The notes: generated from the letters alone by a model not told the origin. A stretch of DNA of 64,000 nucleotides from Candidatus Marinacidobacterales bacterium (GCA_965226495.1 OZ245365.1:2496001-2560000); one strand, 5' to 3'; shown: positions 1-10,123, counted from the stretch's first letter. Numbers and translations are program-made.

Positions 1-873
1 CATCCACAGGAGCTGACTGATGCGTATCGGGAGCTCTCCGCGACGCTTCATCTCCTGGTGCAAGCGGTAATCTTCAACCGAGCTGCTTCCGTAGCGCACG
101 CTGGTCACGCCCGCCGAAAGGAGTTTGTTGTAGGCATCGATGCGATCTTGCACTTTCTGCTCGAGACTCCGCTCAGGAGGCTTCGGAAGATCGACGAGAT
201 CGGTGGCGTTATCGATGAGCTCTCCATTGAGCTCGTTGTCCGGGTAGCGACCGATGCGCCCTCCTTGGGGCTCGACCGTATCGGCCGTGATGCCCCACTG
301 TTGGAGCGCCTTGCTGTTCAGGATGAGCTCATGGCCTCCCCTCACGACGACTACCGGATTGTCCGGCGCCATTTGATCCAAGTCCCGCCTCAAAGGCAGT
401 CTCTGCTCCTTGAGCTGGGCTTCGTGCCAATCCGCATTGGTGATGACGAGCTCGCCCGGTGCGCTTTGGGAAGCACGTTCCTGGATTGCGCGGACTACGT
501 CTGCGAGCGTCCGTGCCTTCGACAGATCCACACCGGGGCCACCGCCTACCGAATGGAAGTGATCGTCCGCCAGTCCCGGGATGACCGTCTTACCCTCCAG
601 GTCGACGAGCTCGGTCTCGGGTCCCGCGAGAGCTTGGATGGACGCGTTGTCTCCGACCGCCTGGATGCGATCGCCCGTGATAGCCACCGCCTCAGCGTAG
701 GAGAAGGCGTCATCCACCGTGACGATCTTTCCGCTGTGGAGCACTAAGTCGGGTGGAGAGCCAGGCTCTTTTTGAGCAGAGCACCCAAAGCCCACCAGCC
801 ACAGTCCGACGAGTCCCGAAAACAGCGCCATACGTCCCAACCACGCTATCCAGGGCCGGCTCTTACGTTTCAT
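1..873 (-). CDS. Amidohydrolase_3 (YtcJ-like) family lipoprotein, runs off the left edge
   Basis: Own translation from ATG 873 (GGAGG RBS upstream): MKRKSRPWIAWLGRMALFSGLVGLWLVGFGC (lipobox) ...DLVLHSGKIVTVDDAFSYAEAVAI... The same N-terminal pattern is seen in 43371..45113. Missing from the ORF track because it lacks a stop in the window. Confidence 0.85.
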   Translation of the reverse strand, partial: MKRKSRPWIAWLGRMALFSGLVGLWLVGFGCSAQKEPGSPPDLVLHSGKIVTVDDAFSYAEAVAITGDRIQAVGDNASIQALAGPETELVDLEGKTVIPGLADDHFHSVGGGPGVDLSKARTLADVVRAIQERASQSAPGELVITNADWHEAQLKEQRLPLRRDLDQMAPDNPVVVVRGGHELILNSKALQQWGITADTVEPQGGRIGRYPDNELNGELIDNATDLVDLPKPPERSLEQKVQDRIDAYNKLLSAGVTSVRYGSSSVEDYRLHQEMKRRGELPIRISQLLWM

Positions 874-956
874 GTTGAACCTCCACCTACAACGCGTCTG
901 TCTCCATGCCTAACCGGCGCCCGGACCACCTTCCAAGGTGGCGAGCCTGCAGAGCC

Positions 957-1331
957 CTACTTCCCTGCCCCGAAGGCTTTCAGCAGCTTCCTAATCTGGT
1001 TACGGCTCACCGGGAGTACTCGGTTAACCGGAGGTTCGAGCTTCACCTCCCAGTCTTCCCTACCCTTCCGGCGTCGGATCTCTTGGATGCGGGCCAGGTT
1101 GACCGCGTGGTTGCGATGGATTCGGAGAAACCCGTAAGGCGTGAATTCCTTTAGAAGAGACCCCAGGGGGCGAACGTCCCGGAGCCGACGTTTGGATCTC
1201 AGGCGAACCAGCGTGTCGTCTCCTACCGCTTCCAGGAAGTAGACGTCGTTCGGATCGACCGGGACGCGGCGGAGCTCGGAGACATTAAGAAGGACCCGAC
1301 CGATACGGCTCATAGCTGTGTCTTTTAGCAT
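957..1331 (-). CDS. Stand-alone LytTR DNA-binding domain protein
   Basis: DVYFLEAVGDDTLV...FLRIHRNHAVNLARI...LPVSR is the LytTR signature. No receiver domain. Start may be 1313. Confidence 0.85.
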   Translation of the reverse strand: MLKDTAMSRIGRVLLNVSELRRVPVDPNDVYFLEAVGDDTLVRLRSKRRLRDVRPLGSLLKEFTPYGFLRIHRNHAVNLARIQEIRRRKGREDWEVKLEPPVNRVLPVSRNQIRKLLKAFGAGK

Positions 1332-1437
1332 GAGTCGCGGTTCTGTGGAACGAGCTGCCGCTCTGCGAGGCTGAGCTGCGGTTCTAGCTCATGACCTGCG
1401 ACGGCTGTGACTAAAGCAGGAGGAATCGAGCGGTAGT

Positions 1438-1466
1438 TGCTACTTTCGGTAACTCGCCCGGACGAG
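1438..1466 (+). repeat. Degenerate, inverted copy of the dispersed ~35-bp element
   Basis: TGCTACTTTCGGTAACTCGCCCGGACGAG resembles the reverse complement of the consensus (TGTTACTTTTNGTTACTCGGTCCGGACCGAG). Confidence 0.5.
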
Positions 1467-1560
1467 ATTTCGAGATACACGCAATTCGCTTCGGACTTGC
1501 CCCCGAATCCTTTGACTTTTCAGTGCGTGCAGAGCTATTTTCACTTTCAAAGGGCTAGCC

Positions 1561-1783
1561 ATGTCATTGATCTCCGGCACCAAGCTGGGTCCCTACGAAG
1601 TCCTGGCACCTCTCGGTGCGGGCGGCATGGGTGAAGTTTACAAAGCCAAGGACACTCGGCTCGATCGTACCGTCGCCATCAAGGTCCTTCCCTCTCATCT
1701 TTCCGATAACCCGCAGCTCAAGGAACGATTCGAGCGAGAAGCTGCGCGGTCTCTAGCCAAGAACCATCCGAACATATGCACTC
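1561..1783 (+). pseudogene. 5' fragment of a Hanks-type Ser/Thr protein kinase
   Basis: MSLISGTKLGPYEVLAPLGAGGMGEVYKAKDTRLDRTVAIKVL...RFEREA...HPNICT, then similarity stops and the frame runs into the convergent gene. Confidence 0.85.
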
Positions 1784-1798
1784 AGGCGATGGACGCTA

Positions 1799-2845
1799 CT
1801 ATGCTAGCCACACGGGGTTTCCACCCGGATTTCCACCACCGCATGGCCAGGGGCTTTTTGCCATTTCGCCGATCCCCGCGTCGACGAGCCAGAGTTCATC
1901 CTGCACCGTGAACACGAGCTTTCCTCCAGGCTCACGTAGCATTCGGTCCGAGGCGGTTTCAGACAGTGTAGTTTCTCGGTGAAGAACGTGTTTTTCGAGC
2001 GATTCATCCACAACGGAGAGCTCCCCGTTCCGCCAGAAGACCATTTCGCCGCTTGAGGTTACGAATGGATAGGTGGTGCCGAAGCCATCCAGGAGAGGCC
2101 CTTTTCGCATGCCGCCGTCTTGCTGCAGAACACCGACGTGCATGCGGGACGGCTTCCAGTTCTTCTCCTCAACGAGTCGCACCTCGCCGCTCTCACGGAC
2201 GACCCAATCACCATACGTGGCCCACTCGCGTTCAAACCCCTTGCGTGCGTTGTAGAGTTGCGTAGCTTTGTGACTCGGGGATCCGACGAGAAAGCGACCC
2301 GCTCCGACGGTCGCCGCATGGTGCACCGATCGGATTGACGTGTACCACAACATTTCACCGGTTTCCGCGTTCAGGCAATACCAATGTCCGAAGCCACCTC
2401 TCACGGCGGAAAAACCAGCCAACAAGAAACCAGCCGCCACGACAAGCGGCTCAGTCACGAAGTAGAGGGTCCAAGGGTGTTTCGAGTCGTGGCTGTCGAT
2501 CGGTAGCGACGTTGCCCAGCCGCGCTGGGCAACGTCGTCGAGGCGCATCACTCTTGGCTCACGCCACTGATCGAGTTGTGATTGGCATGTGCTTACAATG
2601 AATCCGTCCGGTAGACGCAGAAAACTCGCCAGAGCCTCGCCCGGCCTGAGAAAATCTGCGAGCGAGACGGTACGCCGTGCGTTTGGCCCGATTTCCTGGA
2701 TGGTCCCTTTCAGACTACTTCCAAGCCAAGGACAGGGGTCGGCAGCGGCGCGGATTTCCCATCCGAGCCCCATAATCGATGAATATTCAACGAGGTCGGC
2801 GAGATCAAGGTGCCAAAGACGGTTGCCGTCCGCATCAAAGCACAA
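1799..2845 (-). CDS. Hypothetical protein, probable PQQ/BamB-like beta-propeller; true start probably further upstream via a frameshift
   Basis: CFDADGNRLW and YCLNAETGEMLW are PQQ-repeat-like motifs. The frame stays open to ~3030 with no start codon; ATGs at 2988 and 3017 are in other frames. Confidence 0.55.
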   Translation of the reverse strand: MCFDADGNRLWHLDLADLVEYSSIMGLGWEIRAAADPCPWLGSSLKGTIQEIGPNARRTVSLADFLRPGEALASFLRLPDGFIVSTCQSQLDQWREPRVMRLDDVAQRGWATSLPIDSHDSKHPWTLYFVTEPLVVAAGFLLAGFSAVRGGFGHWYCLNAETGEMLWYTSIRSVHHAATVGAGRFLVGSPSHKATQLYNARKGFEREWATYGDWVVRESGEVRLVEEKNWKPSRMHVGVLQQDGGMRKGPLLDGFGTTYPFVTSSGEMVFWRNGELSVVDESLEKHVLHRETTLSETASDRMLREPGGKLVFTVQDELWLVDAGIGEMAKSPWPCGGGNPGGNPVWLA

Positions 2846-3056
2846 TACGGTTTCAGCAAGGTTTTCGTCTTGGGATACAAGACAGGCGGCTCGACGCGTG
2901 ACATTGAGGCGACGTTCGCGGACGTGCCCGACTGCAACAGCACCAAACCACTCCCGCGCCCTGACAGTTTCACGCGCTTGATCCTCATCAAGCCTCCTCG
3001 GTTTCGATACGGCGCATCGCTTAGTCTCTTAGAATATCTCCGATCCTGGGAGGCAG

Positions 3057-3081
3057 GCGGACCGAGTCACGAAAAGTAACA
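3057..3081 (+). repeat. Partial copy (right half) of the dispersed ~35-bp element
   Basis: GCGGACCGAGTCACGAAAAGTAACA. Confidence 0.65.
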
Positions 3082-3138
3082 GAATGTGGTCACGGGCCTG
3101 GACTCGAACTAGGAGTACCGGAGTCACAATCCGGTGGG

Positions 3139-4059
3139 TTAACCGTTTACCCCCTCTTTCATGGCACTAGCCAGAATTTTGAGGCATTCCGGGGAAACCA
3201 GTCGATACTGAATTACGTTGCGAGCCTCGACTCGGCGGGCAGCGATGACGTCGCAGATGACGAGGTCAGCGGCTTCTAGGTTGCCGGCCGGTTGTTGTGG
3301 CAAGAAATACTCCTGTAGCGTGTGCTGCTGTCCGACAACGGGTGCCAAAACGCCTCGCGCCGTTTGTAGGACAAACTCGCTAATGGAAACCACGGCAATG
3401 GTGGACGGCTCCCGCAACTGGCGGACCCTCTCTAACTGTTCGCTCCCTGAGGAAAACGTGATGGGGATAGCAGGACGATCTTTCGGAACGACCCCGGCAA
3501 TCTTGGAGATGGCACCCCCTGGGCCCACGACCAACGTCCCCATCATCAGTTCATGAGCCGAGGTGAGATCGTCCGGGGAACACGTCTCGACGGGGAAACC
3601 GAGACTTTCTCTAAGCTCTTCCCGGAGCAGGTGGCGGATGCCGCTGTCGTCCGAGACCGCCAACAGATGGTCTGGGCGCTCTGCCATCAAACGCTCTCGC
3701 AGCCGCCGACGAAGTTGCTGAATGCTGTAGCCGGCCTCCTGTGCGGCCTGAAGAGTCTGATTGATCACATCGTCTATATCCTTCAAGTGTGGCGAGGAGG
3801 TCACCTCTCCCGGGGATCTCACCAGCATTCGACTCCCCCGGCGGCGGAGCACGAGATTGTGAGTCTCCAACTCTTGGTACACCTGGCTCACCGTGTTGCG
3901 GTTGATCTCGAGCCTGCGGGCCATGTCCCTGACGCTCGGAAGCGCCTCTCCCGGCTTCCATTTCCTCGTTGCAATCAAGAAAGTGATTTCTGCCACGAGT
4001 TGATCATGGATGGTGACATCGCTTTCCTTGCTGATACGGATGTCGGTCTGGGCAACCAT
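3139..4059 (-). CDS. GntR-family (YtrA-like N-terminus) transcriptional regulator with C-terminal extension
   Basis: WKPGEALPSVRDMARRLEINRNTVSQVYQELE is a GntR winged HTH. Confidence 0.9.
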   Translation of the reverse strand: MVAQTDIRISKESDVTIHDQLVAEITFLIATRKWKPGEALPSVRDMARRLEINRNTVSQVYQELETHNLVLRRRGSRMLVRSPGEVTSSPHLKDIDDVINQTLQAAQEAGYSIQQLRRRLRERLMAERPDHLLAVSDDSGIRHLLREELRESLGFPVETCSPDDLTSAHELMMGTLVVGPGGAISKIAGVVPKDRPAIPITFSSGSEQLERVRQLREPSTIAVVSISEFVLQTARGVLAPVVGQQHTLQEYFLPQQPAGNLEAADLVICDVIAARRVEARNVIQYRLVSPECLKILASAMKEGVNG

Positions 4060-4132
4060 ACCGGCTGGCCTCCGCGGCGGATCGGGTCCAATCGACCCTT
4101 GGTTGCGGCAATTCTACACGGTCTTTTCGAAC

Positions 4133-4154
4133 GTGACACCTCAGAAACTGTCAC
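4133..4154. promoter_or_regulatory. Candidate operator (inverted repeat) between the GntR gene and the divergent membrane-protein gene
   Basis: GTGACA-N10-TGTCAC in the divergent intergenic region. The function is inferred. Confidence 0.35.
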
Positions 4155-4232
4155 ATTCCCCGTGGCGTCGTCTCCCCGCCCTGGCTACAGTCAACTACGG
4201 CTTAGTTGGGAGCCCAGAGGGAGGAACAAGCG

Positions 4233-4886
4233 ATGAGGAGCAAGGTGGTTGCGACTTGGAGTTCCATGGCAGCGGTACTGGCACTCGCATCTTCGGCCGA
4301 GGCGAACACCGGCCTGCCGATGCTCTCAATAATGTGGCCGTTCATGATGTTGGCGCTTGTCCCAATTATCGCCATTGAAGCGTACGTGTTGTCCGTAAAA
4401 CTTGCCATGGCGGTCGCACAGGTGTCGCCCGCCGCGTTCGTCGCCAACGCGGTGTCGACCATCGTGGGAGTGCCCGTTGCGTGGTTTCTAATGTTGTTCG
4501 TTCCCGGGATGCAGCGTGTCGCTTGGGTCTTTCCGACGAATGGGTTGTCTATGCCGAAATCTTATTGGCAGGATGCCGGCGCGGCTTTGGCGCTGCTCGT
4601 GCCGTTTTTCTTCGCGTCTTGGTGGATTGAGTACCGCATCGTCATGTACATGATGCCCTGGCTCGAGGCGGCGACGATCAATGCGGCTGTTCTCACTGGA
4701 AACTTGACCACGTATGTGTGCTTGGCGGTGGTCATCGTAGGGCTAACCGTCTGGAGAATTCGGAGTGAGCGACGGCCGAAGCGGAAGAAGACGCGACGGG
4801 CGAGTGGCGAGGCCTCGGAGAATGCGTACGAGGACGAGCGAGCGCCGGTCCTGGAGCCAAGTCATGGCTCTGATACGGTGGGTTAG
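4233..4886 (+). CDS. Hypothetical integral membrane protein
   Basis: GGAGG RBS before ATG 4233. Signal-like N-terminus (AEA|NTG) and several hydrophobic segments. Confidence 0.7.
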   Translation: MRSKVVATWSSMAAVLALASSAEANTGLPMLSIMWPFMMLALVPIIAIEAYVLSVKLAMAVAQVSPAAFVANAVSTIVGVPVAWFLMLFVPGMQRVAWVFPTNGLSMPKSYWQDAGAALALLVPFFFASWWIEYRIVMYMMPWLEAATINAAVLTGNLTTYVCLAVVIVGLTVWRIRSERRPKRKKTRRASGEASENAYEDERAPVLEPSHGSDTVG

Positions 4887-5985
4887 TCGTGTTGTGGGAA
4901 TTGTCGCTGCCATCACGGCCGCAGTAGTGTTCGTCAGCGGGCCCGGGGAATTGCCTATGCGTTTGGAAGAGTCAGCCCGAACCGACGGCCGGCCTTCGTC
5001 GTTTCCTCCCCTTGTTTTCGTTCCTGGGTTCAAAGGCAGTGCCTTATCGGATCCGGCAGGTCGCCGGCGTTGGCTCACCGCGTGGCAAGGGTTGGGCCTC
5101 CGCAGTCACGATCTGAGACTGCCGCTCGAATGGCAGGACGACGTGCAGCGGCGTGATCATCTCCTCCCGCCTTCACCGCTCCGCACGGTCGCCCGGCAAA
5201 ACGTCTACGCCCCTTTTCTGGATTGGGCGGTCACATCGGGACGTCGAGTTTGTCCCTTTCCCTATGACTGGCGCCGGGACCAACTCGAAACGACCGACAA
5301 GTTTGTTGAGTTTCTCGAAGGTGTCAGCCAACGGTTCGGGGGAGAGAAGGTACAAATCGTGGGCCATAGCATGGGCGGCCTCATCGGGTTCGTGGCCCTG
5401 AACCGTCGTCCCGATCTTGTTCACAGCGTTTTGTTCGCTGGCGTCCCGTTCGGCCCCCTTACTGGCTTCTTGGAGGATATGCATGCTGGCACTGCGGTCG
5501 GTCTGAACAGACGGATTCTCAGTCCCGAAGTCTTGTTTACGTTCGTGTCCCCCTACTGCCTGTTCTCTCTGACCCCCACCGAGTCGGATTTGGAGGACGA
5601 GAACGGCAACAACATTGTCCACAATTGGTATGCGGCGGCGGACTGGGAGCGACACAAGCTGGGCATTTTCGGGATGCGCGGACCCGCTGAAATAACCGAC
5701 GAGCAGCGTTTGCACCTTCGCAAGGCGCTGGTCCGGGCAGGAGAGTTTAGGTCTCTGTTCGTCCGCAGCAACGAGAAACCTTTCAAATACCCACCGATTG
5801 CGGTACTGGCGAGCGATTCTCGCAAAACGCTTTCCTCGGTGATGAGAGGTGGCCAACATGCGGTAAGAGGCTGGAATTTTCGGGACGCCACGGGTGCGCC
5901 AGGGTCGCAAATGCGCGGTGTCTCCCGCTTCGAGCAGGAAACTCGGCTCCTCGCGTCGCTCTATCTGTCTATTCCATCTCGGTAG
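4864..5985 (+). pseudogene. Alpha/beta hydrolase (LCAT/PGAP1-like lipase), probably C-terminally truncated
   Basis: LVFVPGFKGS, FPYDWRRD and IVGHSMGG (nucleophile elbow) are present. The expected GDGxV acid motif is absent after ...DATGAPG, and the tail overlaps the next gene. Confidence 0.6.
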
Positions 5986-7321
5986 TACTGCCCTCTTCGC
6001 GCTCGGGAACCCTGTTGCCCGCGATCCAAACCGAGTCGATGCTACGCACGTTCTCGATATCCACCAGTGGGTCGGAAGTGAGGACAACGAAATCGGCCCA
6101 CTTCCCCGGCTCGAGCGTTCCCTGCTCGTCCAGCCCCAAGCAACGCGCTGCGTTTCCGGTTGCCGAGAGCAGGATCTGAGTTGGGGTGAGGCCGGCTTCG
6201 GCCATGAGACCCATCTCCAAATGCTCGAAGTAGCCTGGGAAGCGCGAAGGGGGGCCGCTGTCTGTGCCAAACGCGGCCGTGGCTCCTCCATCCACGAGTT
6301 TCTTCAGGTTTTTGGACGCGGTGACCTGAGCCTGCTTATAGGTCTGTGCGGACCGGCTCTCACGAACGCTCTGCTGTCGCGCCGGATCCTTGAGTTGCTC
6401 GATCACGTTTGGATCGGCTTCTTTCAGGAAAAAGGGATCTTCGAAGAAGTCGGGGACGTCTTCATAGACGTAGCTCACGAACTCTCTCACCAGCGTCGGG
6501 GCTTGGCACACGTTGTGCTCCTTGAGCATCGCAATAAATTCTTCATCCACTTCCTGATCGCGGACGCTGTGGGCGAGAAAATCCACGCCAGCATCGAGGA
6601 TTCCCTTGGCGTCTTCTAGGTAATAGAGATGTGCGGTGACCTTGAGGCCGCGTTCGTGCGCTTGATCAATGACGGCGCGGTAGAACTCGGGGGTGGTCTT
6701 TTCCCTCGTGCCCAGGTCGTCATCGATCCGAAGCTTGATGAAATCCACTCCCATATCTGCGAGTTGGTTGACCTGCGCCCTTGCCTTTTCGGGGTCCTGG
6801 CCATCGAGCGCGAATCCGGCCATGAGAAGACGACTCCGGTCGAGCTCCGGAGTTTCCTGGGCGTTACGGACCGCGAAACCAGGCCCCATGAGGGCGGGGT
6901 CCATATGAGCCCCGAGGCTCACAACCGTGGTCACCCCGTACCGCGCGTACAGTGCGAGCTGACTCAGTACGTTCTCCTCCGTGTAATACTCCGGGCTTCG
7001 TTTCAGTCCCTTGACCTCCCCGACGTGAGCATGGGTGACGATGATGCCAGGGATGATCGTTCTCCCGGAGACGTCGACCCGCGCTGCACCGTCCGGGATG
7101 GGAGTCGTTTCCGTGGGGCCAATCGCTTCGATCCTTCCTTCACGCACCACGAGGACGGCGTCATCGACTAGATCGCTGCCGGTGCCGTCGAAGACACTCC
7201 CCCCGACGAACGCGGTAAGCCCTTCGACGGGAGGTGGCTCTTCGGTCGCACAGCCGCCCAACAGGAAGACAGGGAAGAGGGCGAGTCCAAGCGCCGTCAT
7301 GAAAGGATAACGATGAGACAT
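5969..7321 (-). CDS. Amidohydrolase family lipoprotein
   Basis: Lipobox LGGC. Motifs THAH, FIK, TAH, LAH, GTDSG, GTLEPGKWADFVVL. Confidence 0.9.
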   Translation of the reverse strand: MSHRYPFMTALGLALFPVFLLGGCATEEPPPVEGLTAFVGGSVFDGTGSDLVDDAVLVVREGRIEAIGPTETTPIPDGAARVDVSGRTIIPGIIVTHAHVGEVKGLKRSPEYYTEENVLSQLALYARYGVTTVVSLGAHMDPALMGPGFAVRNAQETPELDRSRLLMAGFALDGQDPEKARAQVNQLADMGVDFIKLRIDDDLGTREKTTPEFYRAVIDQAHERGLKVTAHLYYLEDAKGILDAGVDFLAHSVRDQEVDEEFIAMLKEHNVCQAPTLVREFVSYVYEDVPDFFEDPFFLKEADPNVIEQLKDPARQQSVRESRSAQTYKQAQVTASKNLKKLVDGGATAAFGTDSGPPSRFPGYFEHLEMGLMAEAGLTPTQILLSATGNAARCLGLDEQGTLEPGKWADFVVLTSDPLVDIENVRSIDSVWIAGNRVPEREEGSTTEME

Positions 7322-7481
7322 GGCTTCCTCCTTGAATTGAGGCTTCTCTCCGGCCAACGACACTACCATATATGGGAGACGGTGTCGGGTAGGTCGTCGA
7401 GAAGATGGGGGCCCTTCCGATTTGATTCCGCGCCGCAGTCCATATACCTTCTTGTCTCGTTCCAGGGATAGGAGGAAACTC

Positions 7482-8864
7482 ATGAAGACCGCGGTGTGCA
7501 AAGCGTGGTTGTTAGTAGCCCTCACACTCTTGGTCGCGATGCCAGCGCAGGGCGTTGGTGACACGCACCAAGCCACATTGGCGATAGTCGGCGGCAGGTT
7601 GATCGATGGATTCGGCGGTCCCCCGCTCGAGGATGCGGTGATTCTCATCGAAGACGACACGATCGTCGCGGTCGGTCGGGTTGGTCAATTGGAGGTGCCG
7701 GCGAGCGCGAAGGTCGTGGATAGCGACGGCATGACGGTTCTGCCTGGTTTATGGGATGGACATGGTCACTTGTGGCATGTCGGCGAAGGAAACCCGGGCG
7801 AGTTCCGCAAGAAGTTCGGCGATCGGATGATGGAAATCATGAGTGCGACGGCTGAGGCCAACCTCATGGCCGGCATCACCAGTTTCCGGGATCTGGGCGG
7901 GCCGTTGGCAGACCAACAGGCTTTGAGAGCGGCTATCGAATCCGGGACGAAAATTGGACCTCGTCTTTACCTTGCCGGTCCACTCGTGAGACAGCGGGAC
8001 AAGAATCCTGGCATCAGCGCGGACGAGTATACCGTCGGTAGTCCCGACGAAGCCCGCGCCGTTGCCAAGAAGCTCATCGGCATGAAAGTCGATCAGATCG
8101 ACGTCGAGGGGCTCTGGGATCAGTCTGTTCTGGAAGCGATTACCGCCACCGCCCACGAGGCCGGTATCGGCGTGGACGCGGGTGTGCGGCATGTCGAGGC
8201 CTACCGCACCGCCGTCCATGCAGGCGTGGACCGGTTGCAGCAGGTGTTCACAGCGGATCCGCTGTCAGACTACAGCGATGAACTCATCCGCTTGCTAGTG
8301 AGGGGCGCGCGCCCCGTCGGCTCGGGACCTTCCGCAAACATCATACGCGGGCCTTATATCGTGCCCGCGATTGAGATGCGGAACTCCTACGTGCGTGCAC
8401 TGCGTTTCCCCGAGATTGTCGAACATCCAAAGTTCAAGAAACAGTTTGCCCCCGATATCTATGATTATCTGCGACTCACCTGGCGAAATCCGCAGGCGAT
8501 ACCTTGGGGTATCGGTGCCGAGGAGCGCGTGAAGGTCGCGAAACGGAAGCTGAGGCGCTTTATCGAAGCAGGAGGTCGCGAGCAGATCGTCGCCGGCTGT
8601 GATTCCGGATCGCCGTTGAATTTTCATAGCCCCATTCCCAAGGAAATCGCCAACCTGGCAGAGGCCGGCCTGACACCGATGGAGGCCATTCAAAGCGCAA
8701 CGCTCCGGCCTGCTCAAATGCAAGGAGTTGACGATAGGCTCGGCACCGTATCCGTCGGCAAGCTGGCGGACATCATCGTGGTCGACGGTGATCCCCTGCA
8801 AGAGATTGAAGTTCTGCAGCACCGGTTGGTTCACGTGATCAAGGATGGCATCGTGTACAAGTAA
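7482..8864 (+). CDS. Secreted amidohydrolase family protein (degenerate second metal site)
   Basis: Signal peptide. Motifs DGHGH, GITSFRDLGG, GCDSG, GTVSVGKLADIIVVDGDPL. Confidence 0.9.
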   Translation: MKTAVCKAWLLVALTLLVAMPAQGVGDTHQATLAIVGGRLIDGFGGPPLEDAVILIEDDTIVAVGRVGQLEVPASAKVVDSDGMTVLPGLWDGHGHLWHVGEGNPGEFRKKFGDRMMEIMSATAEANLMAGITSFRDLGGPLADQQALRAAIESGTKIGPRLYLAGPLVRQRDKNPGISADEYTVGSPDEARAVAKKLIGMKVDQIDVEGLWDQSVLEAITATAHEAGIGVDAGVRHVEAYRTAVHAGVDRLQQVFTADPLSDYSDELIRLLVRGARPVGSGPSANIIRGPYIVPAIEMRNSYVRALRFPEIVEHPKFKKQFAPDIYDYLRLTWRNPQAIPWGIGAEERVKVAKRKLRRFIEAGGREQIVAGCDSGSPLNFHSPIPKEIANLAEAGLTPMEAIQSATLRPAQMQGVDDRLGTVSVGKLADIIVVDGDPLQEIEVLQHRLVHVIKDGIVYK

Positions 8865-9776
8865 TCACTTCGCCTGAATCATCTTCAGCACGGCGACAAA
8901 GAGCTTGCTGTCCTCCTCTCCAAGAGAGAACACCGTCTGGTCGTGACCTTCATCTTCTAGAACGACGAGCTCCGCTTTCACGCCTTCGGCCTTCATCTTT
9001 TCGACGAGCTCTCGGGATTCGGTTTCGAAGGGCTCCAGGGTTCCGAAGGCAACAACCGCTCGCGGTACGGGGTTGTCGATGTCTAGGATGGGACTCGCCT
9101 CGGCGCGGAGATCTGGGTCGGGTACATAGGCATCGTTGTCCGGGGGCCGTGGACCGTCCCGCATGTCATAGGGGCCACTGACCGGGGCGACACCCTTGAC
9201 GAGTCCCTTCGGCAGCCCCATCTTCTCTCGCCAGGTGCCCCGCAGGCCGAGGTAGGCAGAAAGAAGCGCTCCGGCCGAGTGGCCACCCACGTAGATTCGG
9301 TTCGGATCGCCTCCGTACTCTTTAATGTTCTGGTGAATCCAGCGAACTGCAGCCGCAACATCTTCCGGCTGATCCGGGTAGTGAAATCCCTGCGCCGTGA
9401 GCCGATAGCTGGCTACCGCGGTGATGACGCCATTGGCTGCAAACGGCATCGCGATGTAGCCGTAGTGAGCACGATCGCCCTCTCGCAAGCCGCCTCCATG
9501 TAAGAACAAGAACGTAGCGGCGCCCACCGGTTTTTCCTTGGGTAAGTAGAGGTCCAATTTCTGTTTCGGATCGTGGCCGTAGGCCAGGTCCAGATGATGG
9601 GGTAGCTCTTTACGTGCTCTCGCTGTTCGCTCGTCGCAGGTTTCGTAGAAACTGACCCAGTCGATGCTGAACTCGTCAGCATGTTGGATGGTGTAGTATT
9701 TCGACGGGTCCTGACCCGCGGATGCGGATGAAATCAAGAGACTGAAAAAGACCAGTGCGTGTATCTTCTTGCTCAT
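8865..9776 (-). CDS. Secreted alpha/beta hydrolase (HSL/carboxylesterase, kynurenine-formamidase-like)
   Basis: LHGGG oxyanion motif, GGHSAGA nucleophile, C-terminal GH. Signal peptide starts MSKK. Confidence 0.9.
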   Translation of the reverse strand: MSKKIHALVFFSLLISSASAGQDPSKYYTIQHADEFSIDWVSFYETCDERTARARKELPHHLDLAYGHDPKQKLDLYLPKEKPVGAATFLFLHGGGLREGDRAHYGYIAMPFAANGVITAVASYRLTAQGFHYPDQPEDVAAAVRWIHQNIKEYGGDPNRIYVGGHSAGALLSAYLGLRGTWREKMGLPKGLVKGVAPVSGPYDMRDGPRPPDNDAYVPDPDLRAEASPILDIDNPVPRAVVAFGTLEPFETESRELVEKMKAEGVKAELVVLEDEGHDQTVFSLGEEDSKLFVAVLKMIQAK

Positions 9777-9931
9777 GGTTCGACTCCCTGAAACGTTATG
9801 GCCGTCGCTCGTCAATGCCGCCCTTCCGCCCCACCCGCTCGGTCCGCCATGCCGATTCAATGACCGCCGGGCTCGGGACACTAGTCTAGGCGCTTTTCAT
9901 AGCAAGGTATAGGACGTGTCCTGAGCCACCG

Positions 9932-10123
9932 ATGGCCTCCGCGAACTTTCTGGAGGCGGTATTGACATCCAACGGTGTTCGACCAGGTTCAACTGGACTC
10001 CGAAGCACACACGCTGGTTTGGCCCAACGGTCTGATTTTGACCCCGCGATTCTCCACAATTGGCCGAAAGCAGGGCCCAAGCTCGAGGCTCTTGCGAAAT
10101 CGTGGAACGTACCTGCCAAGTAG
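9932..10123 (+). pseudogene. DUF2442-family remnant (frameshifted, 5' truncated)
   Basis: Joining two frames gives VFDQVQLDSEAHTLVWPNG / SDFDPAILHNWP, matching the DUF2442 WPNGxDxDP pattern. Confidence 0.7.

Noticed and set aside
58-747. 229-aa plus-strand ORF
   Set aside because: It is the antisense shadow of the minus-strand amidohydrolase 1..873. The same applies to other long shadow ORFs such as 16484..18211, 22316..23731 and 62324..62995.
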